Below are positions 47,617 to 60,651 of a stretch of 64,000 nt of DNA, one piece after another. The notes under the pieces are model-generated. The model was not told where the DNA came from. It did no database searches and saw only the letters and a program-made list of their open reading frames with translations. This DNA is from Macrostomum lignano. Taxonomy: Eukaryota. The stretch covers positions 65,617 through 129,616 of the forward strand of contig NIVC01001942.1 of NCBI GenBank assembly GCA_002269645.1, read 5' to 3'. How positions within the stretch are numbered: position 1 is the first letter of the stretch; every line of letters starts with the position of its first letter. Made by a program: the position numbers and the translations under genes.

Positions 47617-50600
47617 ATGGCGGCTCGGTTGCGCGCTCAGCCGTCTCCCACACCGCCAACATCTGTTTCGCCAGCCTCAATGTTGGCGGATTCCACGCCT
47701 AGCGGAGGCCGGTCCCCTGAACTGCCGCCAATGATGGAGGTGTTCCAGACTAAGGAGAACTACATCCTGCTCACTGGGGATAACATTGCCATCGTGTGCA
47801 GCCGCATCCGGCCAGGCCTGTCTGCTTATCCTGGCAGCGGCCGGGACTGCCTGGCCCAGTACGCCGGCGCCGTCTGTCTCGGCTGTTGCGAAGCTCTACT
47901 AGGTAAATTACGCTACGATGATAGCGACGAATTTCACCTGCTGCTTGTGACTAAAAGCGAGTTTGTAATGCACTATCCGACCGGGGGCACGGTGCGGCGC
48001 ATAGCCAAGGTGGCCAGCTTGCCCTTGACTTCGGCTGAACCGGTTGACCTCTGCCTGGAGACCTGTCGAATCCATCCAGTGAGTGTAGGATCTGATCTAC
48101 TACACATGGGGACTTGGCCATGTTCTTGTGTTTATGGCTGCTGTCAGAGTCAGCATGGTGCATTGGCATCGGCTCTTATGGGCGTGAATCGCAAAACGCA
48201 AACCCTTGGGAAGTTTTATGCACAAGCCCCAAATAAACGCGTTCGCGCAGGGAATCGAACCAGGGGTCGCGGCGCGAGTGTCAGGCGCGTTCGCCGCTGA
48301 GCTGGAGTACAAGGGTTAGATGCGTACAAGATAGCTTGTATAAAAATGGCGCATGTACCAGAAAACTGAATATTTTGGTAACCAATGCTGACAAGCTATA
48401 GCACTAATTTAAACTGTAAAGCAGTTGAGAGATGCTTGGGTAGTTTCTATTAATTATTTCTCTTTGAGACCCACAGTTTAAATTTAGATTTCTCGGGAAA
48501 TCTAGAAAGAAAGTGACTTTCAAAGAAATCCCTTTATTGTCTTTGATCCAGCTGCAAAATCTTTTGAAAGGCTAGCTGAGCTTATATGTAACTCGGATAT
48601 AGATAGACGGTAATTTCCGAAATTGAAATTAAATCGAATTTCTCAATCTGATCTGCACAGCTAATGATCAGGTTATCTCGAATTAATCAAAAACAAAAAA
48701 AATTCCAGTTTATCAGCTTCCAAATCCATTCTATAGTAGTTTATCAGCTTCCAAATCCATTCTATAGTAGTTTATCAGCTTCCAAATCCATTCTATAGTA
48801 GTTTATCAGCTTTCAAATCTATTCTATAGTAGTTTATCAGCTTCCAAATCTATTCTATAGTAGTTTATCAGCTTTCAAATCTATTCTATAGTAGTTTATC
48901 AGCTTCCAAATCTATTCTATAGTAGTTTATCAGCTTTAAATCTATTCTATAGTAGTTTATCAGCTTCCAAATCTATTCTATAGTAGTTTATCAGCTTCTA
49001 AATCTATTCTATAGTAGTTTATCAGCTTCAAATCTATTCTATAGTAGTTTATCAGCTTCTAAATCTATTCTATAGTAGTTTATCAGCTTCTAAATCTATT
49101 CTATAGTAGTTTATCAGCTTCCAAATCTATTCTATAGTAGTTTATCAGCTTCCAAATCTATTCTATAGTAGTTTATCAGCTTCAAATCTATTCTATAGTA
49201 GTTTATCAGCTTCAAATCTATTCTATAGTAGTTTATCAGCTTCCAAATCTATTCTATAGTAGTTTATCAGCTTCCAAATCTATAGTAGTTTATCAGCTTC
49301 CAAATCTATTCTATAGTAGTTTATCAGCTTCCAAATCTATAGTAGTTTATCAGCTTCCAAATCTATTCTATAGTAGTTTATCAGCTTCCAAATCTATTCT
49401 TAGTAGTTTATCAGCTTCCAAATCTATTCTATAGTAGTTTATCAGCTTCCAAATCTATTCTATAGTAGTTTATCAGCTTCCAAATCTATTCTATAGTAGT
49501 TTATCAGCTTCTAAATCTATTCTATAGTAGTTTATCAGCTTCCAAATCTAATCTATAGTAGTTTATCAGCTTCCAAATCTAATCTATAGTAGTTTATCAG
49601 CTTCCAAATCTAATCTATAGTAGTTTATCAGCTTCCAAATCCATTCTTTAGTAGTTTATCAGCTTCCAAATCTATTCTATAGTAGTTTATCAGCTTCCAA
49701 ATCTATTCTATAGTAGTTTATCAGCTTCCAAATCCATTCTATAGTAGTTTATCAGCTTCCAAATCTATTCTATAGTAGTTTATCAGCTTCCAAATCTATT
49801 CTATAGTAGTTTATCAGCTTCCAAATCTATTCTATAGTAGTTTATCAGCTTCCAAATCTATTCTATAGTAGTTTATCAGCTTCCAAATCTATTCTATAGT
49901 AGTTTATCAGCTTCCAAATCTATTCTATAGTAGTTTATCAGCTTCCAAATCTATTCTATAGTAGTTTATCAGCTTCCAAATCTATTCTATAGTAGTTTAT
50001 CAGCTTCTAAATCTATTCTATAGTAGTTTATCAGCTTCCAAATCTATTCTATAGTAGTTTATCAGCTTCCAAATCTATTCTATAGTAGTTTATCAGCTTC
50101 TAAATCTATTCTATAGTAGTTTATCAGCTTCTAAATCTATTCTATAGTAGTTTATCAGCTTCTAAATCTATTCTATAGTAGTTTATCAGCTTCTAAATCT
50201 ATTCTATAGTAGTTTATCAGCTTCTAAATCTATTCTATAGTAGTTTATCAGCTTCCAAATCTATTCTATAGTAGTTTATCAGCTTCTAAATCTATTCTAT
50301 AGTAGTTTATCAGCTTCTAAATCTATTCTATAGTAGTTTATCAGCTTCCAAATCTATTCTATAGTAGTTTATCAGCTTCCAAATCTATAGTAGTTTATCA
50401 GCTTCCAAATCTATAGTAGTTTATCAGCTTCCAAATCTATTCTATAGTAGTTTATCAGCTTCCAAATCTATTCTATAGTAGTTTATCAGCTTCTAAATCT
50501 ATTCTATAGTAGTTTATCAGCTTCCAAATCTATTCTATAGTAGTTTATCAGCTTCCAAATCTATTCTATAGTAGTTTATCAGCTTCTAAATCTATTCTAT

Positions 50601-53600
50601 AGTAGTTTATCAGCTTCCAAATCTATTCTATAGTAGTTTATCAGCTTCCAAATCTATAGTAGTTTATCAGCTTCCAAATCTATTCTATAGTAGTTTATCA
50701 GCTTCCAAATCTATTCTATAGTAGTTTATCAGCTTCTAAATCTATTCTATAGTAGTTTATCAGCTTCTAAATCTATTCTATAGTAGTTTATCAGCTTCTA
50801 AATCTATTCTATAGTAGTTTATCAGCTTCTAAATCTATTCTATAGTAGTTTATCAGCTTCTAAATCTATTCTATAGTAGTTTATCAGCTTCTAAATCTAT
50901 TCTATAGTAGTTTATCAGCTTCCAAATCTATTCTATAGTAGTTTATCAGCTTCTAAATCTATTCTATAGTAGTTTATCAGCTTCCAAATCTATTCTATAG
51001 TAGTTTATCAGCTTCCAAATCTATTCTATAGTAGTTTATCAGCTTCCAAATCTATAGTAGTTTATCAGCTTCCAAATCTATAGTAGTTTATCAGCTTCCA
51101 AATCTATAGTAGTTTATCAGCTTCCAAATCTATTCTATAGTAGTTTATCAGCTTCCAAATCTATTCTATAGTAGTTTATCAGCTTCCAAATCTATAGTAG
51201 TTTATCAGCTTCCAAATCTATAGTAGTTTATCAGCTTCCAAATCTATTCAATAGTAGTTTATCAGCTTCTAAATCTATTCTATAGTAGTTTATCAGCTTC
51301 TAAATCTATTCTATAGTAGTTTATCAGCTTCCAAATCTATTCTATAGTAGTTTATCAGCTTCTAAATATATTCTATAGTAGTTTATCAGCTTCCAAATCT
51401 ATAGTAGTTTATCAGCTTCCAAATCTATAGTAGTTTATCAGCTTCCAAATCTATTCTATAGTAGTTTATCAGCTTCCAAATCCATTCTATAGTAGTTTAT
51501 CAGCTTCCAAATCTATTCTATAGTAGTTTATCAGCTTCCAAATCTATTCTATAGTAGTTTATCAGCTTCCAAATCTATTCTATAGTAGTTTATCAGCTTC
51601 CAAATCTATTCTATAGTAGTTTATCAGCTTCCAAATCTATTCTATAGTAGTTTATCAGCTTCCAAATCTATTCTATAGTAGTTTATCAGCTTCCAAATCT
51701 ATTCTATAGTAGTTTATCAGCTTCCAAATCTATTCTATAGTAGTTTATCAGCTTCCAAATCTATTCTATAGTAGTTTATCAGCTTCTAAATCTATTCTAT
51801 AGTAGTTTATCAGCTTCCAAATCTATTCTATAGTAGTTTATCAGCTTCCAAATCTATTCTATAGTAGTTTATCAGCTTCCAAATCTATTCTATAGTAGTT
51901 TATCAGCTTCCAAATCTATTCTATAGTAGTTTATCAGCTTCCAAATCTATTCTATAGTAGTTTATCAGCTTCTAAATCTATTCTATAGTAGTTTATCAGC
52001 TTCTAAATCTATTCTATAGTAGTTTATCAGCTTCCAAATCCATTCTATAGTAGTTTATCAGCTTCCAAATCTATAGTAGTTTATCAGCTTCCAAATCTAT
52101 TCTATAGTAGTTTATCAGCTTCCAAATCCATTCTATAGTAGTTTATCAGCTTCCAAATCTATTCTATAGTAGTTTATCAGCTTCCAAATCTATTCTATAG
52201 TAGTTTATCAGCTTCCAAATCTATTCTATAGTAGTTTATCAGCTTCCAAATCTATTCTATAGTAGTTTATCAGCTTCCAAATCTATTCTATAGTAGTTTA
52301 TCAGCTTCCAAATCTATATAGTAGTTTATCAGCTTCCAAATCTATTCTATAGTAGTTATCAGCTTCCAAATCAAATTCTATAGTAGTTTATAGCTCAACA
52401 TCATAGAGCAAGCCTGAAACGAGCGTGGCGATCTCACAGTCGGCAAAGAGCGGGTCACTAGTCGAAGGTCAGTGAGATATGAAAGGTTTGGTCCCTGATG
52501 GTGTCTTAGCATTCAATAATTGGGAGCTCAGTCGCCTAGCGCGGTGCTCTGATGTGCCAGCGGCCCAGGCTCGATTCCAAGTGCAGTCGCATTAATTTGG
52601 GGCTAAATTGGAATCTCGGCTTGGCTCTGCTCGTGCAATTAACGCCTTTGAGGGCCAACCCCCAAGGCACAGTGAAGTGTACATGCCTAACGATAAATAA
52701 AGTTAGGGCCGCTGTACACTCCTGTGTGAGTGTGTGCCTGTGCGTATGACTGCGTACGTATCCGCGCTTGTGTGCCTGCTCAGGGGAGTCGGTGGAATGG
52801 GCAGTAATGCCTCTCGCCGGTTGTGTGACAATGTCGCCTAAAGTGCGCAAGGGTGCGAACTGTGGTATTTGGTCTAGAGGGAAGGCGCACACCAGTTCGT
52901 ACACAATACATATCTCCCCGTGCACTTTTAACCCAACTCGCGCAGATCGCGGACGAAGTGGCTCGCTTATTCTGCGACGGCTGCTACTTCAGCCCGGACG
53001 GCGCCGACCTCACCAGCACCCTGCAGCAGCAGAACTCCGACAGTTACGAGTCGGACGAGCCGCCTTGCCGGCGGTGTAAACGTGAATTCTTCTGGAATCA
53101 GACTATGCTAGCCGATTTAGTTGAAGAAGCTGATAAAGGCAATTCGAATGCCGCCGCCGTGATTATGCCGGTTATTCAGGGCTACATCGATTCCATGAAT
53201 ATAATATTGGGCCCGTCGGAGCGGCGCGATCCCGTCAATGTCAGCCTGTCGCTCATTAGTCGGCGGTGCAAACATCGGGCCGGTACACGATTTCAAAAAC
53301 GCGGCGTCGATGAAAACGGCCATGTGGCTAACTATGTGGTGACGGAGCAGCTGGTGCAGGTAAGTGTTGCTTGCATTTGGTTCGAATTTAGCATTTAGGT
53401 TGTCAAGGACTACAATCTTAGTGTCAGCGATGCTATAGTTGGTGTCAGGAGCTCCAGTCTTAGTGTCAGCGATGCTACTCTTGGTCAGGGGTCAGGAGCT
53501 TGAATCTTAGTGTCAGAGATGCTATAGTTGGTGTCAGGAGCTCCAATCTTAGTGTCAGCGATGCTATAGTTGGTGTCAGGAGCTCCAGTCTTAGTGTCAG

Positions 53601-56600
53601 CGATGCTATAGTTGGTGTCAGGAACTCCAGTCTTAGTGTCAGAGATGGTATTGTTGGTGTCAGGAGCTCCAGTCTTAGTGTCAGCGATGCTATTCTTGGT
53701 CAGGGGTCAGGAGCTTGAATCTTAGTGTCAGAGATGCTATAGTTGGTGTCAGGAGCTCCAATCTTAGTGTCAGAGATGGTATAGTTGGTGTCAGGAACTC
53801 CAAATTTAGATGTCAAGAATCCTTAAATTCTTGTCAGAAACTCTAAGTTTAGTGTCAGGGATGCTCAAATTTGATGTCAGAAACTCCAACCTTAGTGTCA
53901 GGGATGCTCAAATTTGATGTCAGAAACTCCAACTTTAGTGTCAGGAATGCTCAAATTTGATGTCAGAAACTCCAACCTTAGTGTCAGGGATGCTCAAATT
54001 TAATGTCAGAAACTCCAACTTTAGTGTCAGGAATGCTCAAATTTGATGTCAGAAACTCCAAGTTTAGTGTCAAGAAACCTAAGTTGATTTCACTGATGCT
54101 TAACACGTCTCTAGACAAATAGCACAAGACTTGATCTAGTGATGGTAAAATGTCAAGACTTCGAAGAGTTATCACTGCCATCACTGCCACCCCCAGGTGC
54201 ACCACGAGACGTCTCCGCATTTCGTCTCCTTTGTCCAGCTGCGCGGCTCCGTTCCCCTATTCTGGTCGCAGAGCGGCCTGCGCTACAAGCCGCCGCCTAA
54301 ATTGGAGCGCAGCGAGCAGGAGAACCAGACGGCATTGAACAGCCATTTCTACCGGCTAATTAGCGAATTCGGCCGGCTCATTGTGGTCAGCCTGGTGGAC
54401 ACGTCGCCTGGCCGCTCGGAGAACGTCATCGCCTCCGAGTACCTTCGTCGGGTGGTCGCATTGAACAGCCCGGACTTAGTTTATATGCAGTTCGACTTTC
54501 ACGAGTACTGCAAACAGATGCACTTTGAGAATATCTCCATACTATTGGATAATGTTATGCCCATTATGCGCGATATGTTCTTCTGCTGGGTAGACAGGAA
54601 AGGCGTCATCTGCAGGCAATCCAGCGTGTTTCGGGTTAACTGCATCGACTGCTTGGACCGGACTAATGTTGTACAGACAGCCTTCGCTCGCCTGATGATG
54701 GAGACTCAGCTGAGGAAGCTCGGCCTGTTGTATCCGGAGGACAGCCTGCCGCAGGAGCTGCAGACGGCGTTCCAGTGCCTGTGGGCCAACAACGGCGACC
54801 GCATGAGCCAGCAGTACGCCGGCACCGGCGCTTTGAAGGCCGACGTAACCAGGACTGGCAAGCGGACCCTGCACGGCCTGATGCACGACGGCATGAATAG
54901 CGCCAGCCGGTACTACCTGCGGTTCAACGAGTTCACCAGGCAAACTGCCATCGACTGCAGTCTGGGCCTCAGCACCTGCCGCGACCTGGCCGAGGAGATT
55001 AAGACTCTGGCCGACCAGACTGTGCTGCAGAGTGACCAGGTAAGGCAGCGTCCGAAGATGGTCACTGAGATAGTTCTGAAAAAAGGTCACTGAGATAGTT
55101 CTAAAGATGGTCACTGAGATAGTTCTGAAGATGGTCACTGAGATAGTTCTGAAAATAGGTCACTGAGATAGTTCTGAAAATAGGTCACTAAGATAGTTCT
55201 GAAGATGGTCACTGAGATAGTTCTGAAGATGGTCACTGAGATAGTTCTGAAGATGGTCACTGAGATAGTTCTAAAGATGGTCACTGAGATAGTTCTGAAG
55301 ATGGTCACTGAGATAGTTCTGAAAATAGGTCACTGAGATAGTTCTGAAAATAGGTCACTAAGATAGTTCTGAAGATGGTCACTGAGATAGTTCTGAAGAT
55401 GGTCACTGGGATAGTTCTGAAAATAGGTCACTGAGATAGTTCTGAAGATGGTCACTGAGATAGTTCTGAAAATAGGTCACTGAGATAGTTCTGGAAATAG
55501 GTCAGTGGATAGTTCTACATATGGGTCAATGGGATAGTTCTGAAGAAAAGTCAGTGTAGAGTGAATCTCAAGTTGGGTCAGTGTAGAGTGATTCTCAAGG
55601 TGGGTCAGTGTAGAGTGATTCTCAAGGTGGGTCAGTGTAGAGTGATTCTCAAGGTGGGTCAGTGTAGAGTGATTCTCAAGGTGGTCAGTGAGAGTTCTGA
55701 ATCTCAAGATGGGAAATCAGTGTGTTCTAGATGGGTGATAGTTCTGAAGATGGGTCAGTGTAGAGTGAAGGTCAAGTTGGGTCAGTGTAGAGTGATTCTC
55801 AAGGTGGGTCAGTGTAGAGTGATTCTCAAGATGGGGTCAGTGTAGAGTGATTCTCAAGGTGGGTCAGTGTAGAGTGATTCTCAAGGTGGGTCAGTGTAGA
55901 GTGATTCTCAAGATGGGTCAGTGTAGAGTAATTCTCAAGATGGGTCAGTGTAGAGTAATTCTCAAGGTGGGTCAGTGTAGAGTGAATTCTCAAGGTGGGT
56001 CAGTGTAGAGTGAATTCTCAAGGTGGGTCAGTGTAGAGTGAATTCTCAAGGTGGTCAGTGTAGAGTGAATCTCAAGGTGGGTCAGTGTAGAGTGAATCTC
56101 AAGGTGGGTCAGTGTAGAGTGAATCTCAAGGTGGGTCAGTGTAGAGTGAATCTCAAGGCGAGTCAGTGTAGAGTGAATCTCAAGATGGGTCAGTGTAGAG
56201 TGAATCTCAAGATGGGTCAGTGTAGAGTGAATCTCAAGATGGGTCAGTGTAGAGTGAATCTCAAGGTAGAGTGAATCAGTGGTGGGTCAGTGTAGAGTGA
56301 TTCTCAAGATGGGTCAGTGTAGAGTAATTCTCAAGGTGGGTCAGTGTAGAGTGATTCTCAAGGTGGGTCAGTGTAGAGTGAATCTCAAGGTGGGTTAGTG
56401 TGGAGTGAATCTCAAGGTGGGTCAGTGTAGAGTGAATCTCAAGGTGGGTCAGTGTAGAGTGATTCTCAAGGTGGGTCAGTGTAGAGTGAATCTCAAGGTG
56501 GGTTAGTGTGGAGTGAATCTCAAGATGTTTTATTAGTCTAGCTTTCCGTAATGTTTACTAATATTCCTGTTGAATTCGCCATGTAACAAGTAGTAGCTTG

Positions 56601-59600
56601 TATTATTCATTCAAAATCTAATTCCGCTTCTGCACAGATGTTTCTAAGCTGAAGTGCTCTTGGGGTGGCGGGATTCCTATCTGCAAACACTTGAATTGAA
56701 AGCCCCAACCTTTTCCCTTTCATTGGGATTGTGTGTCACATTTTAGGGAAATTATTTTGGGGGCCATTGTGCTCGTGTCTTTGTCGCCTGTCTGCTGATG
56801 TATCCTAATTTATTGTATGAGACACTAAGGGGTAGCTTGGGAGTTCAGAATGGGATACTGAAGGGGAATTAAGAATAAGACACCGCTAGAATTCAGAATC
56901 AGATTTACTAGGGAAACTAAGAATCAGATACGAGGAAATTTAGAATCAGATACGTAGGAATTTACAAACCGGAAATTCTGGGGGAATTCTGAATCAGATA
57001 CGGGGGAATTCAGAATCAGAACGGGGGAATTCAGAATTAGATACGGGGAAATTCAGAATCAGATACGGGGAATTCAGAATCAGATACGGGGAAATTCAGA
57101 ATCAGATACGGGGAATTCAGAATCAGATACGGGGGAATTCAGAATCAGATACGGGGAATTCAGAATCAGATAGTAGAATCAGATAGTTGTTGGTATTGAT
57201 TTTCTAGGAGAAGGCGATCGGCTGCTGGCCGCTAATCTTAACCGATGAGGCCAAGTCGGACGAGTCCGAGATGAACTGCGTTCTCTACCTGAGCAGCGCG
57301 GCAGCCTACGTGATTCGCCTAGCGGACAAGGACGCCGTTAAGCGAGTCGAGCTCAGCGACATCAACGAAGTGCTACTGGGCCCGGAGTCGCACCTGCTGA
57401 AAGCTCGGCCGCACCCGTGCATGCGAGTGGTGTACAAGGAAAAATTTCATTTCACGTTCCGGGCGCCAAGAAAGCGCCTGTTTAATAATATGATGATCAG
57501 CGTCTCCACCGAGGAGGAGGCTCGCGACTCGCTCAAAGCCATCAGCGAGAGCTTCCAGATTGCCGCCGAGATTGCCCAGTGCACTCTGCAGGTAAGATGG
57601 GTCCCATTATTCCCTGTTTATCAAAGCCCCAAGGTCTCTTGCACATATTGATGCATCTATAAACCAGCCGTTACACAAGAATCGCCTCCAGTCATTACAC
57701 AAGCATCGCCTCCAGTCATTACACAAGCATCGCCTCCAGTCATTACACAAGCATCGCCTCCAGTCATTACACAAGCATCGCCTCCAGTCATTACACAAGC
57801 ATCGCCTCCAGTCATTACACAAGCATCGCCTCCAGTCATTACACAAGCATCGCCTCCAGTCATTACACAAGCATCGCCTCCAGTCATTACACAAGCATCG
57901 CCTCCAGTCATTACACAAGCATCGCCTCCAGTCATTACACAAGCATCGCCTCCAGTCATTACACAAGCATCGCCTCCAGTCATTACACAAGCATCGCCTC
58001 CAGTCATTACACAAGCATCGCCTCCAGTCATTACACAAGCATCGCCTCCAGTCATTACACAAGCATCGCCTCCAGTCATTACACAAGCATCGCCTCCAGT
58101 CATTACACAAGCATCGCCTCCAGTCATTACACAAGCATCGCCTCCAGTCATTACACAAGCATCGCCTCCAGTCATTACACAAGCATCGCCTCCAGTCATT
58201 ACACAAGCATCGCCTCCAGTCATTACACAAGCATCGCCTCCAGTCATTACACAAGCATCGCCTCCAGTCATTACACAAGCATCGCCTCCAGTCATTACAC
58301 AAGCATCGCCTCCAGTCATTACACAAGCATCGCCTCCAGTCATTACACAAGCATCGCCTCCAGTCATTACACAAGCATCGCCTCCAGTCATTACACAAGC
58401 ATCGCCTCCAGTCATTACACAATAATCGCCTCCAGTCATTACACAAGCATCGCCTCCAGTCATTACACAAGCATCGCCTCCAGTCATTACACAAGCATCG
58501 CCTCCAGTCATTACACAAGCATCGCCTCCAGTCATTACACAAGCATCGCCTCCAGTCATTACACAAGCATCGCCTCCAGTCATTACACAAGCATCGCCTC
58601 CAGTCATTACACAAGCATCGCCTCCAGTCATTACACAAGCATCGCCTCCAGTCATTACACAAGCATCGCCTCCAGTCATTACACAAGCATCGCCTCCAGT
58701 CATTACAGCATCGCCTCCAGTCATTACACAAGAATCGCTCCAGTCATTACACAAGCATCGCCTCCAGTCAGTTACAAGCATGCCTCCAGTCAACACAAGC
58801 ATCGTCCGCAAGCATCGCCTCCAACCGCATCGCCTCCAGCCATTACACAAGCATCGCCGCTCACACAAGCGTCTGTCCGCCGCCGCTGTCAAAGCCGACG
58901 ACGACTACGACGATGATGAAGAAGAAGAAGACGATCGCGAGCCCGACGGTCGGCATGGCGCGTCGTCGAATGCGGGCGTCGCAGGGGCCGCCGGCGGCCG
59001 GGAGAACATGTCCTTCCTACCCGCCTGCGGCCTGGTCAGCCGGTCGCAGGCCTCGTTGGACTCCGGCGTCGACGGTTCCACTTTAGACGACGAAATTGTG
59101 ACGCAAATTGGCGAAATCGGCGTTGTTGGCCAACGGGCCGAGCGTCTCAGCAAGGCGTTGCTAAGCGACAGATCGCCTGCGCGGCATTTCAATTTTCAAC
59201 AGCAGCAACAACAGAAACAGCTGCAGCTGCAGCAGCAACAGCAACAACAGAACTCGTTGACCGCTCCGCTGACGTTGAAGATGGCCATTTCGGACAGTAA
59301 CCTGCTGGCCGCGGCCGACTCTGCCGGTGGCATCGACGTCAGCCAGCTGACTGCCACCTCCTCGATGGCGCTGGCCCCGCCTCAGCTGGTTAACAGCTGG
59401 TTGGCTGGAGCTTCCGGCGCTGCCGCTGCCTGTTCGACTGGCGGATCAACCGCTGCGTCGGCCGCCGCCGCCGCGACCGCGCCAAAGAGTCCCGGCTGCC
59501 GACCTCCGCATCATCGAATGCAGCAGCCAAATATCAAGGATTTGTCGCTGCCGCAGCGCCAGTTAGACAGGCTGCTGATGCGGCAGAAGCAGTCGGAAGC

Positions 59601-59661
59601 TCAGCTGATTGAAATGCTGCACGGAATATCAGAGTGCAATACCACTTATTACATGTTCTGA
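47617..59661 (+). CDS. INPP5F: SAC2/INPP5F-like phosphoinositide phosphatase (SAC domain plus hSac2 domain), 5 exons
   Basis: Exons 47617-48078, 52946-53359, 54197-55039, 57208-57591 and about 58840-59661, all phase 0 GT-AG. SAC motifs [45 protein letters not shown] and catalytic [15 protein letters not shown]. hSac2-like [10 protein letters not shown] follows. The last acceptor could alternatively be 58869, and a small extra exon in intron 1 cannot be excluded. Confidence 0.9.
48105..48310 (-). mobile_element. tRNA-derived SINE (same head as the local family, different 3' part) in INPP5F intron 1
   Basis: B-box GGTTCGATTCC, followed by TTTATTTGGGGCT...GCGATTCACGCCCAT as in the 35.6 and 52.6 kb copies. 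Confidence 0.65.
48705..52390. repeat. 3.7-kb array of 31-bp units (ATAGTAGTTTATCAGCTTCCAAATCTATTCT) in INPP5F intron 1
   Basis: Highly homogeneous tandem copies with recurrent C/T and 5-bp-deletion variants. Confidence 0.97.
52522..52865 (+). mobile_element. Near full-length tRNA-derived SINE of the local family
   Basis: GAGCTCAGTCG...GGCTCGATTCC head plus the full body shared with the other copies. Confidence 0.75.
53410..54070. repeat. About 42-bp minisatellites in INPP5F intron 2
   Basis: TCTTAGTGTCAGCGATGCTATAGTTGGTGTCAGGAGCTCCAG repeats grade into a related TGTCAGAAACTCCAAC type. Confidence 0.88.
55055..56525. repeat. Adjacent 24-bp (GATGGTCACTGAGATAGTTCTGAA) and 27-bp (GGTCAGTGTAGAGTGATTCTCAAGGTG) minisatellites in INPP5F intron 3
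   Basis: Tandem copies; the unit switches near 55530. Confidence 0.93.
56900..57185. repeat. About 21-23-bp minisatellite (GGGGAATTCAGAATCAGATAC) just before INPP5F exon 4
   Basis: Tandem copies. Confidence 0.88.
57668..58839. repeat. 24-bp minisatellite GCATCGCCTCCAGTCATTACACAA in INPP5F intron 4
   Basis: Near-perfect array that degrades into the exon 5 boundary. Confidence 0.96.
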
Positions 59662-59794
59662 GACTGCTGGCTGAGGAAACTGGCCCTTGATTTCTGTGTG
59701 TCTAAGATTTTCATGTCTTATAAATGATTTCAATCGTAACGTTTCAGAAATATTAATAATAATAATCTAATAAGCAGTCAACAAGTTTCACTAT

Positions 59795-60100
59795 CCAAGC
59801 TGCAGTCTGTAAGCTCCAAGCTTCAGTCTGTAAGCTCCAAGCTACAGTCTGTAAGCTCCAAGCTTCAGTCTGTAAGCTCCAAGCTGCAGTCTGTAAGCTC
59901 CAAGCTGCAGTCTGTAAGCCCCAAGCTTCAGTCTGTAAGCTCCAAGCTTCAGTCTGTGAGCTCCAAGCTTCAGTCTGTAAGCTCCAAGCTTCAGTCTGTA
60001 AGCTCCAAGCTTCAGTCTGTAAGCTCCAAGCTGCAGTCTGTAAGCCCCAAGCTTTAGTCAGTCTGTAAGCTCCAAGCCCAGTCAGTCTGTAAGCTCCAGG
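59795..60100. repeat. 21-bp minisatellite CAGTCTGTAAGCTCCAAGCTT
   Basis: Period 21. Confidence 0.92.
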
Positions 60101-60651
60101 ATCAAAGCTTTTTCTGTATCCACTATTTTGTACTAATAATTATACTTACTAGTATTGAGGGCCTGTTAGGGATGATGGGGAATTGTTGCTTAAGAAGGGC
60201 CTATTTGATCCATAGAGTGGAGAAGTCTTCCATACCATCACGCAATACAAAGCATTCACTTTTTAGGCAGTAGGGGGACTATAAGACTAATATATTAGAC
60301 CAAAATTTTTCTATTGTGGGTAATCTCATATTATATTCATATTTATTTAGGCTATATTTTAATCCTGACTCCATCCGTGTTTGTGCAATTAATTATAAAA
60401 CGCCATTTTTATTTGTGTGTAAAAGCGAACTTACACCGATTTTTCTCAGTTTGTTTTACAATAAATTACCGGATGTATATTAAAATTCTGAAATTGGCAG
60501 GAAGTAAAGATGAACAGGATTGATAAGGCTTTGCCATAGAGGAGTTTAATCTATTATTTTTAGTAACCTGTGGCTTCAATCTCTGTCTAGTCAGGATCTC
60601 TTTTTGCTTTCCTGTGTGTCTAACAGTTGGTTACAGTTTTATTTAGAATAA

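Noticed and set aside
48079-48300. INPP5F exon 1 extending to 48300 as in the ORF track
   Set aside because: There is a strong donor CCA|GTGAGT at 48078, and the extension is a SINE on the opposite strand.
48705-52390. CRISPR-like regular array
   Set aside because: Units are head-to-tail with no unique spacers, there are no cas genes, and the array lies in a eukaryotic intron.
52390-52475. Extra small INPP5F exon after the 31-bp array
   Set aside because: No strong acceptor/donor pair keeps phase 0 at both ends.
57607-58892. Long repetitive ORFs ([16 protein letters not shown])
   Set aside because: Translations of a 24-bp satellite on the antisense strand of an intron.
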